DNA of 63,336 nucleotides, counting the filler, from Malacoraja senta (lineage: Eukaryota): NCBI GenBank assembly GCA_038087875.1. It is 3 parts of 3 records of this genome, joined end to end, with 100 filler letters (N's around TTAATTAATTAA, not from the genome) between each part and the next. Parts side by side here need not be neighbours in the genome. Positions count along the whole stretch, not along the records: positions 29,254 to 60,924 come from JAXLNO010000763.1; 2 more parts are not named here. One strand, written 5' to 3'. Position 1 is the first letter of the stretch. Every line of letters begins with the position of its first letter. This document shows positions 39,548 to 52,300 of the stretch, piece after piece. A program made the translations under genes and the position numbers. The notes under the pieces were generated by a model that worked only from the letters and a program-made list of their open reading frames with translations, was not told the DNA's origin and made no database searches.

Positions 39548-40589
39548 TAGGTATGTTACAAAACTTACCTTCAGTCGCGCTGTAATTCTGCCACTGGCCG
39601 TGTGCGCGATTTTGGCGCCTTTAAGGGGGGGGCGGGGTTAAAACGCGGTTTCTCCTCCCTTGTCCTGGAAATATTTTGTTGGAGTACAAACCTTCGCTGA
39701 CAAAATCGTTCCTACCGGCGTTTTGTGAATTTTTTATTTTTATTAAATCGTCAATGTCAGCGCTACAGTCATTTTAAAAGCAGCTCCTGAACCGTCAACG
39801 CCGATAACGGGGACGGATTTCACACAATGGACAGGTAAACGAAAGTGCTTTCTTTAAATGTATAAAAGTGCTTCTTAAGAAGCCTTTAATTCACATTTTG
39901 TCATGCGACACGGTGATTTTGTTCCCCGAATTAACGGCAGTATTTTTCATGCCAATACGGGGTTAAATTCACCGCAAATCAACGTTCCAAATGATCGCGT
40001 TCCAGCAAATCCTCACTCGCAAGATGAATTAAATCCCCATTAATTTACAGGTATTAAACATTCAATTCCTTCCATTTGGCCTGTAAATTCATGAAAATTA
40101 GATTTAAAAATTATGTTATATTGTGAATTATTGTGTGAATGTTATTTGGACACTTAGGCTATTTAAAAATGTTAATCTATTCTTAAGAAATTGATCGATG
40201 TTTAGATCTAGTAATTGAATTTTGTAATTAGCTACAATTAGGTAACTAACTAATTATATGCTTTACTTTCATGTCTTCGAAGTAAGATTGTTTCATATTT
40301 GTTTCAGAATGCTTCAATCTATAATACCTGAAAATTTCTTTCAGTTACCATAATTTTTAAGAAAGTTATGGGCTTTTAACTGTCCTCGATCACAGCTTTT
40401 GTGTTAAGTCAATGGAAAAGCAATAGGGAACTAGATGCTAATTTCTGAGTATGATAATGGCCATAACTTTTTTAATACTGAAGATATGAAAGTGAATTAA
40501 GTGTCAAATTAAACTTCTTTTTATGCTTTATCTGATGGGATAAATTGCAGACTTTATTTTTAAAATCTCAAAATTTTGTAACATTGCTA
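39548..40589 (+). mobile_element. TAG...CTA non-autonomous DNA transposon inserted in a V-SINE (alpha2-alpha3 intron)
   Basis: TIRs TAGGTATGTTACAAAA / TTTTGTAACATTGCTA. CTGTAAG occurs on both sides and the SINE resumes as CTGTAAGGCAGCAAC. Confidence 0.8.
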
Positions 40590-41884
40590 CTGTAAGGCAG
40601 CAACTTTCCAGGTAGTTGCATGCTATCCAATTGGATGAGATAACAACATACATATATATGATCAAGTCAACTCAAGTACTGAAGGTAGAGCAAAGGGGAA
40701 GGTACAGAGTGTGGCATATAGTTCTCAGCAATGTAGCACACCAGTTCCATTAGATAAGGGTTTCGACACAAAACATGACACATTCCTTCTCTCCAGAGAT
40801 GCTGCCTGACCCGTTGAGTTACTCTAGCATTTTGTGTCTATCTGCGGTTTAAACCAGCATCTACAGTTCCTTCCTGCATAGTTCCATAAACAAAGTCCAC
40901 TGTCTGTAATGGGGTAGTGGTCAATTGGACAGAACCCTAGCTTATGGAACGATCATTCAGAAGCCTGATTTTCTCCTCGGTTATCAAGTTTCCGAGTAAG
41001 CCATTTGGTCCTCTAACCTGCCCACCATTCAATATGACCATGGCTGATGTTCCTCAGGCATCAACTCCTGTTCGGTGCCAGTTCCTCATTGCACTCAATT
41101 CTCCAATCTTTCAAAAGTTTAACTACCGCCATATTAAATACTTCCAATGATTTTGTCTTCACAAATCTCTCGCGCCAGAGAATGACCACACTCTGCAAAA
41201 AGAGATTTTGTAAACAAATGACTGGTCTCTTTTATCTCTTATTGAAGAGGAGTGAAAATACTGCCAATTTTAAGCTTGCCCCTCCCCAATTGGCCCTCAT
41301 TTCGTAACTTGTCAATTATTTATTATTGTCAATAATATGCCCTAGTGAAAAGATTTGCCGTTGGTATTAGTTTATTATTGTCACGTGAACTGTGATATAG
41401 TCAAAAGTTTGTCTGTGTGTTATCCAATCAGATCATACTACACATGTGCAATCAAGCCATCCACAAGTAGATCAGTGCAAAGAGAAAACTATTCAGAGTG
41501 CAGAATATCGGGTTACAATATCATAGCATTACAGTTACAGAGAAAGTGCAGATCAAAAAGAGTTGCAAGGATCACAATGAGATTGGTTGGAAGATCAGGA
41601 CAACATCTTATCTTACATGAGAATCATTCAGTAGTCCAATAACAGTGGGGAAGAAGCTGTTCCTGAATTTAATGGTACATACTTTCAAACTTTCTTGTGT
41701 ACTGTCTTAACAGGGAGCATACAATCCCTTTTAAACCACGTGTTTGGTTGATGGTGACGAAAGAGGCAAAATGGGGCAGATGTGGACAGTAACTTGGTTG
41801 TTGTAGTAGACTGAAGAATATTTTGTGGTGGGTGACTGTGCAAGTTTTACTGAAGATGAAAATAACCATCTTACTGCCTTGTAG

Positions 41885-42151
41885 TTTCCCCTGAGGTCAC
41901 TCTCGCTGCCCGACCTGATGATCATTCAGTCCTGTACTGCACTGTGTTTGGATTTTACCCACCGGCCCTCAAAGTCAGCTGGTTGCAGAATGGTCAACAT
42001 GTCTCTGAGACGAAATCTTCTGGGGTCGTACCCAACAACGATGGAACATATCATCTAAGGTCTGTCCTTGAGTATGATCCGTATGATGGGAAACAGTATT
42101 CCTGTCATGTCGATCACAGCAGCCTGCCTGGTGGGAAGATCATCATCTGGG
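41885..42151 (+). CDS. MHC class I-like gene, plus copy: alpha3 (Ig C1-set) exon
   Basis: Acceptor CCTTGTAG, donor G|GTAAG, 267 nt, in phase with alpha2. (V)SPEVTLAARPDDHSVLYCTVFGFYPPALKVSW...VVPNNDGTY...YSCHVDHSSL has the C1 cysteines, FYP, the core W and the class I-type PNxDGT loop. Confidence 0.93.
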
Positions 42152-42226
42152 GTAAGAACATTAAATATTCATTCATAGATAATCATTATCTTCTGTTGTT
42201 TCCATTTTAATCATTGTGACTACATC

Positions 42227-43271
42227 TAGGTATGTTACAAAACTTACCTTCAGCGGCGCTGCGGTTGTGTCTCTCCCCGTGTGCGCGACTTTGGCGCCTT
42301 TGAGAGGGGGGCGGGTTTAAAATGCGATATTTCGGCAGCCTGTTCTAAACGATCTTGAACAGGCTAAATAGTTGATGAAGAAAAATCGCTTCGACTGCCA
42401 TTTTATTAAGTTTATTAAAATTAGCGCTTTATAATTTAATTGATGGAGTAAAATTAAAATCATCTTCAAATGCCATAAACGCCGACAACGGGGACGGATT
42501 TCACGCACGGGACAAGGCAAGGTACACCATTTATTTTTTCATATAAACTTGCTTCTTAGGATGCCTTTAATAAAAATTTTAAGTTGCGAAAATGTGATTA
42601 TTTAAGTATACCAACTGGCAGTATTTTGCCTGCCGATATTGGGGTTTAATTCAGTGCCACCGCAGCGTTCCAAACCAGCGCGTTCCACAAAATCCCACTC
42701 GCAAGATGATTTAAATGGCCATTAATTTACAGGAATGAAACACTAAATTCCTTCCATTTGGCCTATAAATTAATGACAATGAGATTTAAAAATAATGTTA
42801 TATTGTGAATTCTTGTGTGAATCTTATTTGGACACTTAGGATTTTTAAAAATGTTAACTTTTTCTTAAGAAATGGATAGATATTTAGATCTAGTAATTGA
42901 ATTTTGTAATTAGCTACAATTGGGTAACTAACTAATTATATGCTTTAATTTCAGGTCATCCAAGTAAGATTGTTTCATATTTGTTTCAGAATGCTTCAAT
43001 CTATAATAACTGAAAATGTCATTAAGTTCTCTTAATTTTTAAGAAAGTTATGGGCTTTTGACTGTCCTTGATCACAGCTTTTGTGTTAAGTCAATGGAAA
43101 AGCAATAGGGAACAAGATGCTAATTTCCGAGTATGAAAAATGGCCAAACTTTTTTAATACAGAAGATATGAAAGTGGATTAGGTGTCAAATTAAACTTCT
43201 TTTTATGCTTTATCTGATGGGATAAATTGCAGACTTGATTTTTTAAATCTCAAAATGTTGTGACATTGCTA
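42227..43271 (+). mobile_element. TAG...CTA non-autonomous DNA transposon (right-arm copy, 75 bp after the alpha3 exon)
   Basis: Same TIRs as 39548-40589, flanked by CATC on both sides. Confidence 0.8.
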
Positions 43272-45889
43272 CATCCCATGTAGTACATCCCACATTCCAA
43301 GATGCTTAAACTTTCTTTGTTTAGTGGTGTTGCTCTAAGTAATCACGTAATCAGCACCCACTCTCCACATGAGCAGAAGACTTTGTCAACAGAAAATATA
43401 TTAAAAGTAAGTAAATAAATAACTAATATACAAGGAAGGAGTATTTGGGATGCTCAGTGGTGGAACTGATATCCATGAAAGGTATGTTTAAATAAAAAAT
43501 GAATCTTTCCTCATGATGTGATTAACAGCAAGGCACTGGGGGAGTACATGCCCCAATCTGAATCAATAGTCCGAAGTGGAAATGATTGAGAGCTTCGTGT
43601 TCCTTGGCATGAATATATCCAATATTCGGTCATGGAATGGCCACATAGCCAAGGAGGCACACCAACACCTCTACTTCCTCAGGAGACTGAGGATATTCAT
43701 CATGTCTCTGGTGACTCCAGCAAACATCTATAGATGCCGCTAGAGAAAGCATGTTGTTGGGTTGCATCACATCTTGATTTGGGAACTGCACTGCCCAAGA
43801 CTGCAAGAATATACAAAGAGTTAAAGATCATCACACAGCCCAGACTTCCCAGTATTGACCCAATCTACACCAGGTTGCCTTGGAAAACAAGACTTATCAC
43901 ACCTTTCTCACATTCCTCCTTCCTGCTCCCATCAGGCAATAGGTACTGAAAGTTGAAAATAAGCACTGCCAGACTCAGGAACACCCCCTTTCCACCTGTT
44001 AACAGGCTTCGGAAGGGTCCTTCCATAATGTAGGTTTAATGCCCGATTCACCTCAACCTCATTGAACATTGAACATTGTCCATGGAACTGATGTGTTACA
44101 ATGCTGAGAACTATATTCTGTACTCTGTATCCTCCTCTTTGCTCTATCTATTGTTTTTGAGTTTTTTATTTATCTATAGTATTATCTAATTTGTTTGGAT
44201 AGCATACAAAACAAACCTTTGCACTGTATCTTGAAACAGCTGACATTAATAAAACTAAACCTAATGAAGTAAGTTCTGTGACGCAAGTTACAGATTCAGC
44301 AACGAAAAATATAACTGCCTGACAAACAGCGATCGTAGTAGTTTGATTCCAGGTATGCTGCACTAACCTACACAAATGCTCACTTTTGAAGATTCCCTCG
44401 AACAATGCACAAATAAGGAATCTGATGTTTCACTCTGAAGACTGTTGACATACTCCAGAACTTAATTTTCAACCTATCTATGTATCATCAGCAATCTAGG
44501 CTACAGCACCATCAGTCCCTTCATCTGCTCTTAATACCAACGATAAGTAGTTCACTTTCTTGCAATGATTCCCATCCTGCAGTTGCAGTTTCCCAACCTG
44601 AACACTCCTTTAAGACTCTGCTTGCTCTTAATTGTTTTTCCATTCATGCTAATTATTACCCCCAATGTCATAAGCCTTTGCAACACTTGATCAGATATCT
44701 TATGAAAATCCAGATATTGTGGCGACATCTGGTGGTCAGGCCACTTATTGCTAGAACCCTCGTCAGGGGAGCTGGGACTATCACGTGAGTGACAGGGTTT
44801 TGGTGGGAGTTGGTGATGAGTTAATCGCCAGTCAACTGGTGTGCCCGCTAACAACGGCAGGAACTTTGCTCAAGTCCTTACTAAACGCGAGTGTGCCAAA
44901 ACTGTATTTCTTTAAAAAACATTGATTTGTTCACGACGTTTGGATCTCTACAATATATTGTATTTCTTTTGTTTCTCATTCCAATTTTGTTACCTATTCT
45001 GCTTTTCCATCATTTTGTTTTTGAATTTTAGGCGTTTCACACCTGCTGCTCGAATATACATTGTCTACGGGTTCCTGTTGCATTTTCAAAGAATTCTAAT
45101 CAATTTCTCAAACAAAGTTTGAAGAAGGGTCCCAAAATGAAACGTCACCTGTCCATGTGTAAGAAGAAACTGCAAATGCTGGTTTACACCGAAGATGGAC
45201 ACAAATTGCTGGAATAACTCAGCTGGTCAGGCAGCATTTCTGGAGAAAAGGAATAGGTGATGAATCCATGTTCGCCAGAGATGCTGCCTGTTCCGCTGAG
45301 TTACTCCAGCATTTTGTGTCTATCATGTATATTCTTTCCACTGACTGATTAGCACGTAACAAAAGCTTTTCACTGTACCTCAATACATGTGACAATAAAC
45401 TAAACTAAAGATTTTGTGTAAATCAGTATCTGCATCTCTTTCTTTCTACAATTTTCCTGTTAATGCCCTGATAATACACTTTATTGTTTTGTTATTACTT
45501 AAATGTTCTGCCATTATTGAAAGGAATCCAATGTTAGTTTATATAGGGTTAAAGCTTTCTGCTTCCAATTCACCTTCTTTCTTGAATTAAGTTGTGACTG
45601 TGATGGTGCCATAGATCATAGAGTTGTACAGAACATATATTGTCCCTTTGCCATGCTTCAGAACTCCGTGATTCAAAACACCATATCATCTTATATACCT
45701 TGAAAAGTGCCAAAGATAGACACAAAATGCTGGAGTAACTCAGCGGTCAGGTAACATCTCTAGAGAAAAGGAATAGATGGCATCTCGGGTCGAGACCCTT
45801 CTTCACTCTGAAGTCTTCAGACAGTGCCCATCTATTTAGCTGCACAGCTTAACAATTGATTTGTAAAATTATGCATTCTTATTTTTCAG

Positions 45890-45999
45890 AAGGAAATAGG
45901 AAGAAAGACAGGCACATAGGCCTTATTGCCGTGTGTGTGTGCTGATATTGCTGGCTATTGTCTTGGCAGTAATTGTTTGGTGGAGAAAAAAGAGGAGAG
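45890..45999 (+). CDS. MHC class I-like gene, plus copy: TM exon, frameshifted (stop TGA 45943-45945)
   Basis: Same splice sites as the minus copy but 110 nt instead of 105. Reads (E)GNRKKDRHIGLIAVCVC*, and the hydrophobic helix is out of frame. Confidence 0.85.
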
Positions 46000-48900
46000 G
46001 TAAGATGGAAAAATTGTGATGCACTGTTGCTAGTAAAGGTATTGGGCTTGAAGAAATGATCGATCTCAAGTAGGATAAGGCAGCAGCTACACCTGAAATG
46101 CCTCGACAGTCACCACTGTCAACTAGCCTTTGTGCTGTTGTTAAATGTTTCTGATAATCAGATATTTAAAAATTGTGAATTCAGTGTAAAAAAATGTTAT
46201 ACATTATGGATTCACTGCCCCAAATCCTAGAAATATCAACGAGTCATTATAAAGTACAGCATGGAAGCAGTCCTTTCGGCCCACCGTGTCCATGCCAACC
46301 ACCAACCCACCTGTTCTCATGAATTCTATCTCATTGCACCTTCTCATCCAGTCACCCACCCACTAGGGGAAATTTACAGTGGCCAATTAAACTATAAACT
46401 GACACATCTTAGGATGTGTGAGGAAACCGGAGCCCCTGGAGGGATCCAATGCGGTTTCACGGAGAACGTGCAAACTCCACATAGATGGCACTCAAGGTCA
46501 AAATTGAACCCGGGTCTGTGTCGCTGTGAGGCAGCAGCTCTACGAGTTGTGACACTGTGCTGATCTGTTGGGGGCTCGCACTGTTCATGATCCAAGTCAG
46601 CTATGAGGCAGATTGGTTGCAGTTTAACATTTACTAGTTTTGTTTAGTTTAATTTAGAGATACAGTAACGAAACAGGCCCAGCGCTGACCAGTGATCCCC
46701 GCACATTAACACTATCCTATACACGCACACCAAGCCAATTAACCTACATACCTGTACGTCTTTGGAGTGTGGGAGGAAACCTTAGATCTCGGAGAAAACC
46801 CACGCGGTCACGGGGAGAACGTACAAACTCTGTACAGACAGCATCAGTAGTCGGGATCGAACCCGGGTCTCCGGTGCTGCAAGGACTGTAAGGCAGCAAC
46901 TCTACCGCTGCACACAGTAGCTGCCACCAAGGCCGCTGTTGCTGGAAAACTCCAAATTAAGTGGGAATGTGAGTAGTGGGAGAAATGGTTCAAGGTGGAA
47001 AGCCGAATGAATGAGCAACAACATGACAGGTGGACTACAATGTGAAACAGGACAGCACAGAGACAGAGACCTGAATTAAATACCGACATCGGCTGTTGTA
47101 TCTGTAGAGTTTGCATGTTGTTCCTGTGACCATGTGGGTTTCCCCAGGTGCTCTGGTTTCCTCCCACATCCCCAAAACATTGTTTGGTAGGTTAGTTGTC
47201 CCCTAGATTGTGCATGATACAATGTGGGGAGAGCTGATGAGAATGTGGGACAACTATAGGATTAGTGTACATGAATGGTTGGTGCAGGTCAGTGGGACAA
47301 AGGCCATGTTTGTATGCTGCATATTTCCATGACTCTATATGATGTAGAAAGATGTTGACTATTTTTGATTTATAAGATTGGGAAAGACTGTGAGGGACAG
47401 TGCTATAGTAACTCAGCAGGTCAGGCAACATCCCTGGAGACCATGGGTAGGTGACAATCTGGTTCGAGACTCTCCAGGCAAATTACAATGGGTATTCCTC
47501 CGCTTAAGTCTGACAGTAGTGTACAGATGCACCTCAACCACTGACTTGCTCAACAAGTGCTTAAATTAGTTGACTTAAAGTATGTTTGGAGTAACATGCA
47601 GCGGTCCTTAAAATCTACCATTTCCCAAATCCCAAGAGAGCTGGATGATCAGGGTTTTAGTGTAATCTATATCACTGATTTCTTGCCTGTGATCACACTG
47701 TTGTAAGATATATTCTGGTGATGAATTGCAGTTCACTTTCCTCCTGTGTAAAGGAGTTATTGTGTTGAATATAACAAGTGGAAGGGAAAGTCAGTGTAGG
47801 ATTTAGAGTTTGTACATAATGCAGCATGGTAGTGCAGCTGGTAGAACTGCTGTCTCACAACGCCAGAGACCCAGGTTCAATCTGGACCTCGGGTACTGTC
47901 TACGTGGAGTTTGCACGTTCTCCTTGTGACTATGTTGGCTTCCTCAGGGAGCTCCGGTTTCCTCCCATATCCCAAAGATGAGCAGGTGTGCAGGTAATCA
48001 TCCTCGGTAAGTCACCCTGATAGTGTAGGGGTGGATGGGAAATCTATTATGAATGGGTGATTGCTGGTTAGTATGGATTTGGTGGCACAAATGGCCTGTT
48101 TACACACTGTATCACTGTTTTCAAGAGAGAGTTAGATTTAGCTCTTAGGGCTAAGGGAGTCAAGGGATATGGGGAAAAAGCCAGATCGGAGTATTAATTT
48201 TGGATGATCAGCCATGATTGTATTGAATGGCGGTGCTGGCTCAAAGGGCCGAATAGCCTATTCCTGCACCTATTTTTTTATGTTTCTATCTTTCTATTAA
48301 ATAAACTAAATTGGAAGACAGAAGGTATTGACTGATGCATCTTCACGCCAGCTGTAAATGTCATAAACTGTGAGAATTGATTGCAAATTTTATACAATGT
48401 TATAAACTAAACTGGGTGATCAAAATGACAGGATGGATGAAGAGCAGAGTTTTCATTGAAATAACAGACGTGCAGCTTTCTCGAGCACTTGGCCTTGGTT
48501 GTGTATAATTTCCTCTTCAAAATACAATGTTCCCAGGCATTGCTGGTCTGAGACACCATTCAGCAACTATATTTCCTGAAATTGAGATTCTGCTTTCATG
48601 GTATCAAGATGTCTAACATCTCCAGCACCCAGATCAGAACCTTGCCAAAACTAAGAATGCAGCAACAATTTAGTCATTGAACATCAACGACATGCATATT
48701 TGAACTGAGGCAATGGTTAGCTTATTATCACTGTAAACCAGTCATGGTCATGGGTCTGCCATCGTGGTCACTATTAGTGAGGGTGATTAACTATCATTTA
48801 GCAGTGAAACGGAAAAGAATTGGCTTTTCAAGCCCACGGAGCCATAGAGTCATACGGCATGGAAATGGGCCCTTTGCCTCAACTTGGCCATGCCAACCAA

Positions 48901-49376
48901 GATGCCATGTTTAAACTACAATTTTCCTGCAATTGACCCATATCTCACTGAACCTTTCCTATCTACAGTGTGTACCTGTCCAAGTGTGTTCTAAATGTTT
49001 TTTAATACCTGCCTCAACTCCTTCCCCTGGAATGTTCTTCCATATTTCCACTTCCTCTGGTTCCGAGTAACTCGTTTCCTTCTCACCTTAAACCTAAGTC
49101 CTCTGGTTCTTGATTACATAAGGCTGGTTAAAAGATTCTGTGCAATCAATCTATCTATGCTCCTTGATTTTATAAACTTCTATAAGATCACCCCTCAGCC
49201 TCTTGCGTACCAAGGACTAAAGTCCAAGCATTGTCATCCTCTCCCTGAGTCGCAGGCCCTGTTAATGACATCCTTCCGATAGTGGAGTGACCAAAACTTA
49301 ACACAATACTCCAAATGTGGCCTCACCAACATCTTGTATAACTGTAGCAGAACATCCCAACTTTTTTATTCAGTAC

Positions 49377-52300
49377 CTTTCTTTTACAATTTTTTTATTG
49401 TTTTTTTTCCAAAAAACAAAAACAAAAATAAAACATAAAAAACAGAGCAAAAAGAATAATGATAAACATAACAATGGTATTGATACATAGGGATCAGGAT
49501 TAAACACATTAATAACAGGTATAAACTAATATGAGACCAGTGTCAAAATACACAATGAATTTAGACCTCTCGGTCTCTATGTAAATATAGTTAAATCTTT
49601 AAAAGGAAACATAAATGTAAAAAAAAGGAAAGATAAAAAGACAAAAAGGAAAAGAAAAAACAAAACCCCCCTAAACTAAAAAAAAGGTTTTAAAAATTGA
49701 TAATAATAAAATAAGAATAAAAATAAAATAAATAAATAAAACAAACAAAACAGAGCAAAACCGAATCTGAACTGAGAAATTCAACAATTTAAGTCTGTTT
49801 GTCGTCAAGTCCGTTCCACCCTATGAAGGTAAAATAATTTTTATAACGGTTAAAGAGGGATCAATTTATGTTGTATGAAAGTGTTCACTAAATTTTCCCC
49901 AAGTCTTATCAAATTTAACCAAGGGTTCAACAATGTCACCTGATTTTTTCTAAATTTAAACATGATATCGTTTCAGAATACCACTGGAGTGTGGTCGGAG
50001 GGTTGGAATCTTTCCATTTAAAGAAAATAAATCTTCTGGCAATTTATGTGGTAAAAGCAATCAACCGATGGGCGGAGTGGGACAAATGAATAGAATCTAA
50101 CATTGGTAACCCAAAAATTGCAGTAATAGGATGAGGTTGTAAATCTATACCTAAGACTACCGAAATAGTATCAACAATTTCTTTCCAATATTTTTCCAAA
50201 AGAGGACAGGACCAAAACATATGGGTCAGTGATGCCACTTCAGAGTTACATCTGTCGCAGGTAGGATTTATATGACGAGAAAAACGAGCTAACTTATCTT
50301 TTGACATATGAGCTCTGTGGACCACCTCAAATTGTATCAAAGCGTGTCTTGCACACATTGAAGAGGTATTAACTAATTGAAGGATCCTCTCCCATTTCTC
50401 TATAAAGAAATTTGGAGTTCTCATTCCCAGTCATTCTTAATTTTATCAAATGTATCTATTTGTAATTTTAAAATCAACTCATGAATAGTCGTTATTAATC
50501 CTTTCTGATAAGGGTTCAACTGTAAAAAAAAATCCAAAATTTCGGGTTGATGTGGTAGCGGAAAAAGGAGTAGTTCCTTTTGTCTAATTTGTAAATATCA
50601 AAAAAAATGTGAAGTAGGTAAGTTATATTTATTGGAGAGTTCGAAAGACATAAAACAACCCTCCAAAATCAAATCACGAAAAGCTACTAATCCCTTCCTC
50701 TTCCATAACAAAAAAACTTGATCAGTACTAGATGGTTGGAAGAGAAATTAGGATAAAATCAGATAGTCCAAAAAACTTACGAAATTGAAACCGTATTCGG
50801 AACGTATGTCTTATTATTGGGTTAGTCATATATTTATTCAATCTCATAATTGTAAAAGGTAACGAGGTCCCTAGAATAGAAGCCAATTATAGCCCTTGTA
50901 AGGAATCACGTTCTAGGTTTATCCATCCAGGGCATTAGGTATCTTCTAAATCTTTTGTCCAAAATGTTAAATAACGAACATTGACTGCCCAATAGTAGAG
51001 TCTAAGGTTCGGCAATGCCAAACCACCAACTTTTTTTGATTTCTGTAGGTATTTTTTACCTAGTCTGGGATTTTTATTCTGCCATATATATGAAGAAATT
51101 TTAGAGTCTATAATATCAAAGAAAGATTTGGAAATAAAAATTGGTATCGTCTGAAATATATACAGAAATTTAGGTAAAATGAACATTTTAATAGCATTGA
51201 TTCGGCCAATTAAGGATAAGGACTTTGGTGACCATTTAATAATAATAATAATAGATTTTATTTATACAGCGCTTTTCAGGACTCAAAGTCGCTTTGCATT
51301 GAGAGTCAGGAATAAACAAAACAAAATAGAGCAGTAAGACAGAGATGCAAAGGGGAGGGGAACATGGGACTAAGGGTATGCAGAGATGAAGAGATGGGTC
51401 TTGAGGCGGGACTGGAAGATGATGAGGGACTCAGAATTTCGGACCAGTTGTGGGAGGGAATTCCAGAGCCTGGGAGCTGCCCTGGAGAAGGCTCTGCTTC
51501 CAAAAGTGCAGAGGTTTGATTTCGGAGTGGAGAGATGACCAGCTGATGTGGATCTGAGGGACCGTGAGGGTTGGTAGGGGGAGAGGAGGTCAGTGAGATA
51601 AGGGGGGGCCAAGTTGTTGAGGGCTTTGTAGATGAGGACCAGGATTTTGTAGATGATCCGGTGGGAAATGGGAAGCCAGTGAAGTTCTTTGAGAACTGGG
51701 GTGATGTGGTGCCAGGATTTGGTGTGGGTAATGAGTCGAGCGGCTGCATTCTGGACCAGTTGGAGTCGGTTGATGCTGCTGGAATTGATTCCAAAGAGAA
51801 GTGAGTTACAGTAGTCCAGTCGGGAGGAGATGAAGGCATGGATGAGTCTTTCAGCAGCGGGGGGTGTGAGAGAGGATCTGCTTTTGGCAATGTTGCGGAG
51901 GTGAAAAAATGATGTTTTGACAACATGGCGGATGTGAGGCTCAAGGGAGAGGGTTGAGTCAAAGATCACGCCAAGGTTGCGGGCCTGAGGAGATGGGGAG
52001 ACAATGGTGCCATCAATAATGAGAGTGGGGTTGTTAATTTTAGTATGTGTTGATTTGGAGCCAATGAGGAGAAATTCTGTTTTGTTACAGGATGTTATGG
52101 TTGATGGTATCGAAGGCTGCACTCAGGTCGAGGATGAGGATATTGAGGGAGCCAGTGTCAGCAGAGGTAAGGAGGTCATTGAGGACTTTCAGGAGAGCAG
52201 TTTCTGTGCTATGGAGGGGACAAAAGCCAGATTGGAGGGGTTCGAATAGGTTATACGCGAGGAGGTGGGAATGAAGTTGTGACGCGACGATACGCTCCAG

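Noticed and set aside
46084-46153. Possible cytoplasmic exon (AATPEMPRQSPLSTSLCAVVKCF*), mirrored near 24122-24191
   Set aside because: No polypyrimidine tract before the candidate AG. The other nearby AGs give immediate stops, and simple read-through (GKMEKL*) is equally plausible. Needs cDNA.
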